DNA from: Bacteroidales bacterium | Lineage (GTDB): Bacteria; Bacteroidota; Bacteroidia; Bacteroidales; B18-G4 | Length of the DNA stretch: 64,000 bases | Assembly: GCA_018400295.1 (NCBI GenBank) | Contig: JAGYMZ010000010.1 | Span: 4,579 to 68,578, forward strand | Direction of reading: 5' to 3' | Shown here: positions 21,803 through 30,351 of the stretch, piece by piece | Position numbering within the stretch: position 1 is the first letter of the stretch | Layout: the number at the start of each line of letters is the position of its first letter | Made by a program: the position numbers and the translations under genes | Notes under the pieces: model-generated | What the model saw: only the letters and a program-made list of their open reading frames with translations | The model's database searches: none | Told to the model about the DNA's origin: nothing

Positions 21803-22819
21803 TCAGTTGGATAGCCCCTCGGTACAGTTTCTGCAGATATCTATGCACTCCCGGCATGTCAGGATACCAAGGCGAAATTCAGCATAGTTTTTTCCTTTCC
21901 ATATTTCCCGGAATTCTGAGGAATTTATTGTTCCCATGACATGATCGGCATTCTTATCAAAGCAACAGGGAACCACCATGCCGTCCCAGGTCATCACTGC
22001 ACCGCTCCACATGCGGAAGCAACGGTTGGGTAAACGGCTTTTTATTACAAAATTCCCATGGACATCCTTTATATATCGTGAATAAAATGGGTTTTGGGGA
22101 ATGAGGCGGACATTCTTTTCAAGGTTATAGATCTGAATGGTCTTCAAAGTAACCGGGATGCCGAATTTTTTTCCCAGCGCCCTGATCTCCGGGATCTCAT
22201 GTTCATTATGGCCCATAACCAGGAACTGAATTTCCAGGAAAGGCTTACGGCTATTGAGCACCCTTTTCATCCCTGCCAGGTTATCAAGGCCTTCCACGAC
22301 TTTTTCAAACGTCCCCCCTGCCCGGTATTTCTCATAAGTATCCTGGGAAGCACCATCCAGGGAAACAATCAACCGGTCCAGCCCGGAAGGAACGATCTGT
22401 CTGGCCATGTCCTTATCCAGATGATGCCCATTTGTAGAAACAGCGGTATATATTCCCTTTTCGGAGGCATAACGTATCATATCGATGATCCCGGGATAAA
22501 GGAAAGGCTCCCCCTGGAAATACAACATAAGGTAAACAAGCGTATCCGAAAGCTGGTCAATGCAGGATCTGAATAATTCCGGGCGCATGTTTCCGGCCGG
22601 ACGTTGAAGCTGTTTTTGTCCCACAGGACATTCCAGGCACCGGAGATTGCAGGAGGTTGTTGGCTCGACGGACAGGCTTAAAGGCATTCCCCAATGAAGC
22701 GGCCTTTTCAGGAAAATGGAAAACCAAAAGCTTAAATACACCTTAACGGCATTCCATAGTTTCTTTGGTGTAATTTTCCGGATCATATGATTTTCCTCAA
22801 CGGACATGCTCAGGCCCAC
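21803..22819 (-). CDS. Membrane-anchored radical SAM protein with a SPASM-like C-terminal Cys cluster
   Basis: The CxxxCxxC motif reads TSCNLRCLECP. The C-terminus reads CFRMWSGAVMTWDGMVVPCC...CRECIDICRNC. A hydrophobic N-terminal segment is present. The gene lies 5 nt downstream of the AI-2E permease gene on the same strand. Confidence 0.8.
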   Translation of the reverse strand: MGLSMSVEENHMIRKITPKKLWNAVKVYLSFWFSIFLKRPLHWGMPLSLSVEPTTSCNLRCLECPVGQKQLQRPAGNMRPELFRSCIDQLSDTLVYLMLYFQGEPFLYPGIIDMIRYASEKGIYTAVSTNGHHLDKDMARQIVPSGLDRLIVSLDGASQDTYEKYRAGGTFEKVVEGLDNLAGMKRVLNSRKPFLEIQFLVMGHNEHEIPEIRALGKKFGIPVTLKTIQIYNLEKNVRLIPQNPFYSRYIKDVHGNFVIKSRLPNRCFRMWSGAVMTWDGMVVPCCFDKNADHVMGTINSSEFREIWKGKNYAEFRLGILTCRECIDICRNCTEGLSN

Positions 22820-22824
22820 AGGAG

Positions 22825-23919
22825 TCAGAGTTTTTCAGTTAACTTCCTAACCAACCGCATCTTGCCCAGGAATTCCTTGGCTATGATCCTGAGCACGGTA
22901 TATCCCGGTATGGCCAGGATCATGCCGGGAATACCGGCCAGGCTGCCTGCCATGATGATCACGAGAAAGATCTCCACCGGATGTGCCTTCACAACGTTAG
23001 AATAGATCAGGGGCTGCAATAAGATGTTATCGATGAGGTTGCAGACCACAAAAACCGCCACCACCTCAAAACCAATAAGTACTACAGAATCATACATGCC
23101 AAAACTAAGGGCGGTTGTCATTCCGATGATGGTCCCGATAATGGCCCCTATCACAGGCCCAAGATACGGAATGATGTTCATAAGGCCTCCTATAAAGCCT
23201 ATGATCAATGCATTCTTGATCCCCAAAACGGTCAAGCCTATGGTCAGCAAGGTGATCATTGAAACAAGCTCCCCCAAAAGTCCCAGAAAATACCTGGACA
23301 ACAGATAATTCATTTTTTTAAAAATATGCCGGATCTCTTGCTCATACTTCTCCGGAACAAGAAGGATTATAAAATTTGACAACATGGACGAATTTTTCAG
23401 AAAGAAAAAGGTCAGGAATAAAACAGAAAAGATCCCGATAAAAAATGAACCGGTGGCATTGATCAGGTTCTTGAATAACAGGGAGAAATTTACCATACTG
23501 ATTGCCGACGACAGTTGATTCTCCAGGGAACTATGAATGGTTTCACCGGATTGAATAATATCATAGCGGATCAGGAACTTCTGGAATTTATCCAGCGGTT
23601 CCTGAAAATACTCGACCACTTGCCGGGTATCGATCTGGGATATGATCCTGGCCTGATCAGAAATAAGCGGGACAATAAACCAAATGAATCCGGAAAATAA
23701 AGCAATGATGACCATGAGGGTCAAAAAAGCGCTCAGCCCCCGGGGAAATCCCCAATTTCTGATCCTGATCTTGTCAAACAAATTGACCAGGGGATGTCCC
23801 ATCACCGACAAAACGGCTGACACCAACACATATATCACAATATCAGAAAAATACCAGACAAACACGATCGCCAAAACCAAGCCCAACAATGTGAAAAGAA
23901 AAGGATATTTGGTTACCAT
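22825..23919 (-). CDS. AI-2E (PerM/UPF0118) family transporter
   Basis: A 364-aa protein with about 8 TM segments and the typical C-terminal block NIIPYLGPVIGAIIG...LQPLIYSNVVKAHPVEIFLVI. Confidence 0.8.
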   Translation of the reverse strand: MVTKYPFLFTLLGLVLAIVFVWYFSDIVIYVLVSAVLSVMGHPLVNLFDKIRIRNWGFPRGLSAFLTLMVIIALFSGFIWFIVPLISDQARIISQIDTRQVVEYFQEPLDKFQKFLIRYDIIQSGETIHSSLENQLSSAISMVNFSLLFKNLINATGSFFIGIFSVLFLTFFFLKNSSMLSNFIILLVPEKYEQEIRHIFKKMNYLLSRYFLGLLGELVSMITLLTIGLTVLGIKNALIIGFIGGLMNIIPYLGPVIGAIIGTIIGMTTALSFGMYDSVVLIGFEVVAVFVVCNLIDNILLQPLIYSNVVKAHPVEIFLVIIMAGSLAGIPGMILAIPGYTVLRIIAKEFLGKMRLVRKLTEKL

Positions 23920-24097
23920 ACACTCCCTGTTATTTAAAGATGCTAAAAATACACCTTTATTCTATTTTTTAAAAGCAATGCGGCACTTTTTCACAGATCG
24001 ATCCTTGTATAGACACCATGTCTGTTTTCACATAAGATCGTCGCCATTAAACATTTATTCTTTACAGATTGTTAACCTGAATACATTATTGAGGTTC

Positions 24098-25570
24098 ATG
24101 AAAAAAGTGATCGTAATAGGGGCAGGCTTTTCCGGCATATCTGCAGCCTCCAACCTGGCTGCACAGGGATTTGAGGTTACCGTACTGGAAAAACACAACC
24201 GGCCCGGAGGCAGGGCCCGGTCATTTTCCTCCGGAGGGTTCACCTTTGATATGGGTCCCAGCTGGTATTGGATGCCCGATGTTTTCGAGGATTATTTCGG
24301 ATGCTTCGGAAAAAAGCCCTCGGACTATTATGACCTGATACGCCTGGATCCCTCCTACCGGATCTTTTTCAGTAAAGATGAAATCATTGATCTGCCAGCC
24401 AGTTATCAGGGCCTCCGGGACCTCTTTGAATCATACGAACATGGGGCTGGTAAGAAACTGGATGTATTTTTGTCTGAAGCAAAAAGGAAGTATGAAATCG
24501 GCATGAAAGACGTTGTTTACAAACCCGGTCTGTCGCTCAAGGAATTCATCGATCCCGTCGTTGCTTCCAACATAATCAAGCTCAATATTTTCCAATCATT
24601 CAATGGATACACACGGAAATTTTTCCGCCACCCCCATCTGCTTCAAATCCTGGAATTCCCGATATTATTCCTGGGGGGCACGGGGAAAACCACGCCGGCC
24701 TTGTACAGTTTGATGAATTACGGAGATATGGCGCTGGGCACATGGTATCCCCGGGGCGGAATGTACCGTGTCATTCAGGGAATGGTCACCCTGGCAGAAG
24801 AACTGGGGGTCCGGTTCAAATACAACACGACGGTCGATTATCTGCCGGTCCGCAATGGCCGCATCACAGAAGTGATCAGCGGAAAAGATGCATATCCTGC
24901 CGACATTATTGTGAGCAGCGCGGATTATCATCATACGGAATCCAGCCTGATACCCGAAAAAAGCCGTTCCTACAGTGAAAAATACTGGAATGGGCGCACC
25001 ATGTCGCCTTCATCGCTGATCTTTTTCCTGGGTCTTAACAAACCCCTTGAAAAATTCCTGCACCACACCCTTTTCTTTGATGAGGATTTCAGCAAGCATG
25101 CCGACAGCATATATAAGCATCCTGAATGGCCTGAGAAGCCCAGTCTGTATTTTTCAAATACCTCCAAAACGGATGCCACGGCAGCACCGGAAGGACACGA
25201 AAGCCTCATGGTACTTATCCCTGTTGCCCCCGGACTCAACGATACGGAAGGGATCAGGGAAAGGTATTTCAACATAACCCTGGACAGGATACAACGATTG
25301 ACAGGCCATAACTTGTTGCACAACATTGTTTTCAAAAAAAGCTATGCGCTTCAGGATTTTAAGGAAGATTACCATTCATATAAAGGAAATGCCTACGGAT
25401 TGGCAAATACACTTTTTCAAACAGCCTTTCTTAAACCAAAAATGAAAAGCCGCAACATACGGAATTTGTATTATACAGGACAGCTGACCGTACCCGGTCC
25501 CGGTGTACCCCCCGCCCTTATCTCAGGAAAGGTCGCCGCAGACCTGATCAGTAAAAATGCAGGCAAATGA
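24098..25570 (+). CDS. crtI: Phytoene desaturase family protein (CrtI type)
   Basis: The N-terminus MKKVIVIGAGFSGISAA contains the FAD GxGxxG motif. The C-terminus reads YYTGQLTVPGPGVPPALISG. The listed ORF start at 23684 is an antisense-overlap artefact. Confidence 0.85.
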   Translation: MKKVIVIGAGFSGISAASNLAAQGFEVTVLEKHNRPGGRARSFSSGGFTFDMGPSWYWMPDVFEDYFGCFGKKPSDYYDLIRLDPSYRIFFSKDEIIDLPASYQGLRDLFESYEHGAGKKLDVFLSEAKRKYEIGMKDVVYKPGLSLKEFIDPVVASNIIKLNIFQSFNGYTRKFFRHPHLLQILEFPILFLGGTGKTTPALYSLMNYGDMALGTWYPRGGMYRVIQGMVTLAEELGVRFKYNTTVDYLPVRNGRITEVISGKDAYPADIIVSSADYHHTESSLIPEKSRSYSEKYWNGRTMSPSSLIFFLGLNKPLEKFLHHTLFFDEDFSKHADSIYKHPEWPEKPSLYFSNTSKTDATAAPEGHESLMVLIPVAPGLNDTEGIRERYFNITLDRIQRLTGHNLLHNIVFKKSYALQDFKEDYHSYKGNAYGLANTLFQTAFLKPKMKSRNIRNLYYTGQLTVPGPGVPPALISGKVAADLISKNAGK

Positions 25571-26403
25571 AAGAAACGTTCGATGCCATATCAAAGAAAT
25601 CAAGTGCAATTACCACAAAAGCCTATAGCACTTCGTTCACATTGGGCATACGTTTTCTCAGCAAAAAATATCATGATCCCATCTATGCCATCTATGGTTT
25701 TGTACGGTTTGCCGATGAAATTGCGGATACATTCCATGATTATAACAAGCAAAAATTACTGGAGAAATTTTCAAGGGATACTTTCGAAGCCATCGAAGAT
25801 CGCATCAGCATGAATCCCATCCTGAACAGCTTACAGTGGGCAGTAAACAAATTCGACATTGAACGGGGGCTTATCGAACAGTTCCTGCACAGTATGAAAA
25901 TGGACCTGTACCAGAAAAGGTATGACCGTGAAAAGTTTGATGCGTATGTTTTGGGCTCAGCAGAAGTGGTCGGACTAATGTGCCTGAAAGTATTTGTGGG
26001 CAGAGACACGAAAAAATACTCCGAACTGACGCATCCGGCCATGAAACTCGGCGCAGCTTTCCAAAAGATCAACTTCCTGAGGGATATGAAAGCAGACCGG
26101 AAAACACTCGGGAGGACGTATTTCCCGGATATGGCAAACGATCAGTTCAACGACAGGCAAAAAAGGAGGATCGAATCTGAGATCGAAGCGGATTTCAGGG
26201 AAGGCCTGAAAGGGATCAAAGAACTTCCACCCGGTACGCGGTTCGGGGTATACCTGGCCTATGTCTATTATTATAAATTATTCAGGAAGATCAAACGGGT
26301 GAAAGCGGAAAAATTGATGAATAAAAGGATCCGTATACCTGATCCTGTAAAATATGCATTGCTGTTCAGCACCTACCTGAAACATAAGATACATAGGTTC
26401 TGA
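25567..26403 (+). CDS. crtB: Phytoene/squalene synthase family protein (CrtB type)
   Basis: The Asp-rich region reads YGFVRFADEIAD, and a second region reads INFLRDMKAD. It overlaps crtI by 4 nt (ATGA), which suggests translational coupling. Confidence 0.85.
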   Translation: MKETFDAISKKSSAITTKAYSTSFTLGIRFLSKKYHDPIYAIYGFVRFADEIADTFHDYNKQKLLEKFSRDTFEAIEDRISMNPILNSLQWAVNKFDIERGLIEQFLHSMKMDLYQKRYDREKFDAYVLGSAEVVGLMCLKVFVGRDTKKYSELTHPAMKLGAAFQKINFLRDMKADRKTLGRTYFPDMANDQFNDRQKRRIESEIEADFREGLKGIKELPPGTRFGVYLAYVYYYKLFRKIKRVKAEKLMNKRIRIPDPVKYALLFSTYLKHKIHRF

Positions 26404-26799
26404 TACACCCGCTTGGGTAATACCGGATTTTTGCCCCGTGAAAGAAACAAGGACCCGTCCAGGTATGTTACCGGTATTGCGAATACGGACTTTCACCATC
26501 CCGGTCGCGGATCTTGTTTACAGCAAGCTCCTGCAGCGAGTGAACACAAGCATCTTCGAAACATTCAATAAACACTATTAAGCAAGCTCCCATCTGCCAA
26601 TTTTTGATGATCGATAAAAAAAATACCCCCGGCGCTGGGTATAAAAAACGGTTTTGGGTATTAATGAGCAGAGAGGGTGAACAAAATCATCCTTAAAAAA
26701 ACGGGGAGGTGTGTGTCGGATCGCAAAAGAGCCTGACCAGCTCAATGTTTAATACTCGAATGCATAAACCACGAATTGTTTTAACAAAAACCAAGAGCA

Positions 26800-27135
26800 A
26801 TGAAATTAATTTTCAAATTACTCACACTGGCTGTTATCATGGCAGCAGGAACGACTTCGGCAATGGCTGAAATCCAGATCACCATTTATGGAAAAGGCGG
26901 CATGGTCAATGGGCCGGGCGGATCCGTCATTATATGTCCGAACGCCAGCTCAGAGGAATGCGCCAAACTGATCCTGCCGGACGACATTGTTGGTATTGAC
27001 GGAACCGTTATATGCGGCACACTGAACTACGACGGCAAATCAACAGAAGTTGAAGTCATGGATTTGCCGGAATTGTCCAGGACACCCGCCGGCTATTCCT
27101 GTCAAAGTATTGTCGTAAAAGGACTGAACCCATAA
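26800..27135 (+). CDS. Small secreted Cys-containing protein, unknown family (paralog A)
   Basis: A Sec signal peptide with an AxA site (TSAMA/EIQ) is present. The mature protein is ~88 aa with 4 Cys. It shares the motif GKGG-x4-PGG-x-V-x2-CP-x6-C with the next gene. Confidence 0.65.
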   Translation: MKLIFKLLTLAVIMAAGTTSAMAEIQITIYGKGGMVNGPGGSVIICPNASSEECAKLILPDDIVGIDGTVICGTLNYDGKSTEVEVMDLPELSRTPAGYSCQSIVVKGLNP

Positions 27136-27148
27136 AAAATCAACTGCT

Positions 27149-27553
27149 ATGAAAAAAGTTATGATCGCAATGATGATCGTTTTGATGGGATTGTTCATGG
27201 GTGCCCAGGACGGAAATGCTGTCAATATCATTAAACTGGGAAAAGGCGGTGCAACGGTAACACCCGGAGGACAAGTGAAGCTTTGTCCGCAGTTCTCCTT
27301 CCGGAAATGCTGTAAGATCACGGTATCATGGTCGGATATATGGAGCTGGATCACCAATGACGGATGCTGGGACCCTGATGTGAACACCAACATGCCATTA
27401 CCCGGAAATGCAGTAGTATATAATGAAGAGGGGACGAAAACAGAAGAATACCAGGTAACCATCACCTGGATCAATCCCGTCTCCTGTGCAGAGATCAATG
27501 GCAATGAAATGACCGTTGAGCATCAGGACATTCTTGTTGAAGTGGTCAACTGA
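27149..27553 (+). CDS. Small secreted Cys-containing protein, unknown family (paralog B)
   Basis: A signal peptide is present (DGNA/VNI). The mature protein is ~110 aa with 5 Cys. An ungapped alignment to paralog A gives 13 identities over the first 36 mature residues. It starts 13 nt after paralog A. Confidence 0.65.
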   Translation: MKKVMIAMMIVLMGLFMGAQDGNAVNIIKLGKGGATVTPGGQVKLCPQFSFRKCCKITVSWSDIWSWITNDGCWDPDVNTNMPLPGNAVVYNEEGTKTEEYQVTITWINPVSCAEINGNEMTVEHQDILVEVVN

Positions 27554-27562
27554 CCCGAAGCC

Positions 27563-27595
27563 TACCGCCTGGGTTACCCCCCGGGCGGTACATTT
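27563..27595 (+). terminator. GC-rich hairpin with a short T-tract between the small-protein genes and the large gene (possible attenuator or partial terminator)
   Basis: The 11-bp stem TACCGCCTGGG (27563-27573) pairs with CCCGGGCGGTA (27580-27590), with one G-U pair and a 6-nt loop. It is followed by CATTTT. It lies 10 nt after the stop of paralog B. Confidence 0.45.
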
Positions 27596-27617
27596 TAAAC
27601 AATATAAAACGCAAGAT

Positions 27618-29414
27618 ATGAAGAACCATCTTTTTCTTTTAGTTGCAGCGCAAATTATACTTTTCAATATATGCTTTTCCCAGGACCACAACACCACAAA
27701 GGATGAGGTCAGCAAAATCTCAGATGACCTGCATCAGATCCATCAATACCAAAACACAAATCAAGAGATCATCCGGTTCTTTGAAAGCAGCCACCTGGAT
27801 TTTCAGCAAGACACCTTGTATGTTATTTTGGTCCCGCCCATGAATTGTTCCCGGTGCGAGGGATTGATCAATCCCTTTATTTTAGAGCTTAAAAAACTGG
27901 ATCCCAAGGCAGAAACTATGCTCATCGCGTTTTACAAAAAAGAGAGCGCACTTAGGGAATACTTGAATAAAAGAAAATTCCAGCCGGATCACATGCTGGC
28001 TTGCACAGATGAGCAATTTCTGGACAATTTTGATTTTGGCTTCGGGAACATGCAGGTACCTTTCTTTACAAAGATCTGCAGATCTTCCGGAGACCTGATC
28101 ACAGGAAAGTCAACGCTTGGATTGGATCTGTCTGAAAAATTTGTAAGGTATATCCTTTCTGAAAGCAGCACCATGCCAAAAATTTCCCGCACCCACGATC
28201 CTGTTCCCCACGAAGAAATACCGGAAATTTCCCTGGATAAGAACGATCGGACGGTACTGATGCCATACAGGGAAATTCACATAAAAGAAGATGAAAATAA
28301 CCCCCTCTCACATATTGAATATCCGGAATTCGATGAAGAGCTCAGGCGCTTTGCCTTTATGGACGACCTGTCGTACAGTATTTATGTATACGAACTACAG
28401 AGCGACAGCGGGATTTTGGAAAATACGATCCGGCCAGGGTTAAAAGAAGACCGAATGTTTACCGGTCCGGGGATCAACGACACCATTTTCAGGTTTTTAA
28501 AGGCGCTGAATATATTGAACTCCATGTTTTTCAGCAGCAAATTCCTGGAAGATACCCTTGTTGTTTCCGCATCTTTGCCCAGGGTATTCTGGCAGGACCG
28601 GGAAAAGGAGAACATCGCCTATTATAATCAGATCACCTATCTTTATTACGACCTGGACAAGGGCGGGATCATCGGGTACGTTACGCCTGAAGTGCCACCT
28701 GACAGCTCCCTGACCCTGGACCATCTTTCCACGTATTTCCCCCGCCGGGGCAAATATTTTGTTATCCCTGTAAGCAAGGGCTGGCCGGTTTCCGGATCTG
28801 AGATCCTGGATATACATGACAGTACGGACAATCCTTTTCTTGATGCTTTTTATGACAATGCCCCACTGTTTGCCATATTTAACAGACATGGAGACATGCT
28901 GGGTTATTGGGGCAGGCTGGGGCCCTTCTTTGTAAAGCATAGGCTGGGGTATGCTTTTTCCAGTCCGATCATGGGACATGACCGAAACACATACTGGTAT
29001 GCTGACCCGTACGAAGGCATCTTATATAAATATTCCAGCCTGACCCAACAGGATGGCGTTGAAAAAACCCTTTTGTATACCAACCGGAAGTTCCAGCAAC
29101 CCCGCAATATAAACGGGTCACCGATGGACCATATCCGGGAATACACAAGCCGCATGGACCAGCACGTGGTAGATATTACACTCCATAACGACTCGGTGTA
29201 CTGTGTATTGAAAAAAGGAGCGTTTTATGAATACCGGATCCTGGACAAGCACGGGAAATTGCTGCTAAAAAAGATCCTGCCGAATGTATATGCGAATATG
29301 GAAGCCAACACTTTTTGCCTCCATGTGAACCAGCAGCATAAAAACATCATAGGTATTTACGAAAGTCCGCAAAAAAGCAGCCTCGCATTATTCCATGCAG
29401 ATCATACAAAGTGA
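27618..29414 (+). CDS. Secreted or lipoprotein-like 598-aa protein: N-terminal thioredoxin-like domain with CSRC, large uncharacterised C-terminal region
   Basis: ATG 27618 gives a signal peptide (MKNHLFLLVAAQIILFNICFSQ). The sequence YVILVPPMNCSRCEGLINPFILELKKL aligns by eye to the beta1-CxxC-alpha1 region of TlpA-type redoxins. I do not recognise the remaining ~450 aa. Confidence 0.65.
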   Translation: MKNHLFLLVAAQIILFNICFSQDHNTTKDEVSKISDDLHQIHQYQNTNQEIIRFFESSHLDFQQDTLYVILVPPMNCSRCEGLINPFILELKKLDPKAETMLIAFYKKESALREYLNKRKFQPDHMLACTDEQFLDNFDFGFGNMQVPFFTKICRSSGDLITGKSTLGLDLSEKFVRYILSESSTMPKISRTHDPVPHEEIPEISLDKNDRTVLMPYREIHIKEDENNPLSHIEYPEFDEELRRFAFMDDLSYSIYVYELQSDSGILENTIRPGLKEDRMFTGPGINDTIFRFLKALNILNSMFFSSKFLEDTLVVSASLPRVFWQDREKENIAYYNQITYLYYDLDKGGIIGYVTPEVPPDSSLTLDHLSTYFPRRGKYFVIPVSKGWPVSGSEILDIHDSTDNPFLDAFYDNAPLFAIFNRHGDMLGYWGRLGPFFVKHRLGYAFSSPIMGHDRNTYWYADPYEGILYKYSSLTQQDGVEKTLLYTNRKFQQPRNINGSPMDHIREYTSRMDQHVVDITLHNDSVYCVLKKGAFYEYRILDKHGKLLLKKILPNVYANMEANTFCLHVNQQHKNIIGIYESPQKSSLALFHADHTK

Positions 29415-29451
29415 CCGACTTTTCCTACTTTTGCCCTTACCGGAGACAAAA

Positions 29452-30351
29452 ATGGAAATAATCAACAATGTAGGACCGGTCATTCTGATAGCCCTGATCG
29501 GTTTTCTGCTTAAGAGATTGGGCATTTTCCGAAGGGAAGACGGGGATTTATTACTGTTACTGGTATTTAACGTTTCCCTGCCGGCATTGATATTCGATGC
29601 CTTTACCCAAATAAAGCTCAGTATTGATTACCTTTTTTTACCGGCCATTACCGTGGTTACCATCAGCACGATGTACCTGATATCTTATTTTATTTCCGGT
29701 GCATTCAGGCTTCCGCGCAAAACCAGGGGCACCTTTATTATAGGCACGATGATCCTGAACAATGGATTCCTTTTCCCGTTCATATACGGCATGTATGGGG
29801 ATGAAGGGATGGCCCGGATCCTGCTCTTTGATTTCATGAACGGTTTTCTAGCCTTCACATGGGTTTATTACCTTGCCTGCAGGTATGGGGGGAACTCCCA
29901 ACACCGGCGGACCATGACAAAAAAGTTGCTGATGTCACCTCCGGTGTGGGCCATCATACTATCGATCTCCCTGAACCTGTCCGGTGCAAGCATACCCATC
30001 TTCCTGCAGGATACATTTAAAATACTGGGAGAGGTTACGATACCCCTCATTATGATCGCACTGGGCATATATTTTTCACCCAGGCTTATCCGGCCTCTTC
30101 CTGTATTTTCTGCCATTCTGATCCGTATGGTGATCGGCCTTCTGATTGGCTATGTATTCTCGGAAGCCTTGAATTTAGAAGGGCTTACCCGTACGATCGT
30201 ACTGCTTGGAACATCCGCTCCCATCGGCTTTAACACACTTACATTTGCCTCTTTGGAGGACCTGGACAAGGATTTTGCAGCGAGTTTGCTTTCTTTTTCT
30301 ATCCTGGCGGGAATGATATACGTACCCTTGTTTATTTTTTTTAACGGTTAG
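29452..30351 (+). CDS. AEC (auxin efflux carrier) family permease
   Basis: A ~300-aa protein with about 10 TM segments. Its N-terminus MEIINNVGPVILIALIGFLLKRLGIF is typical of AEC transporters. ATG 29452 was chosen. Confidence 0.8.
   Translation: MEIINNVGPVILIALIGFLLKRLGIFRREDGDLLLLLVFNVSLPALIFDAFTQIKLSIDYLFLPAITVVTISTMYLISYFISGAFRLPRKTRGTFIIGTMILNNGFLFPFIYGMYGDEGMARILLFDFMNGFLAFTWVYYLACRYGGNSQHRRTMTKKLLMSPPVWAIILSISLNLSGASIPIFLQDTFKILGEVTIPLIMIALGIYFSPRLIRPLPVFSAILIRMVIGLLIGYVFSEALNLEGLTRTIVLLGTSAPIGFNTLTFASLEDLDKDFAASLLSFSILAGMIYVPLFIFFNG

Noticed and set aside
23684-24097. N-terminal extensions in the ORF track: 23684-24097 before crtI, 27516-27617 before the 598-aa protein, 32588-32863 before the second AI-2E gene, 2165-2233 before aspA and 33882-34028 before the methyltransferase.
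   Set aside because: The extensions overlap neighbouring genes or a stable hairpin and do not look like real protein sequence. Internal starts give proper N-termini (GxGxxG, signal peptides, TM helices).
26465-26581. A 38-aa ORF (MLPVLRIRTFTIPVADLVYSKLLQRVNTSIFETFNKHY) and a 29-aa ORF (from ATG 26607) in the noncoding gap after crtB.
   Set aside because: Neither has a signal peptide, a recognisable motif or an evident promoter, and ORFs of this length arise by chance. I did not report them as genes.
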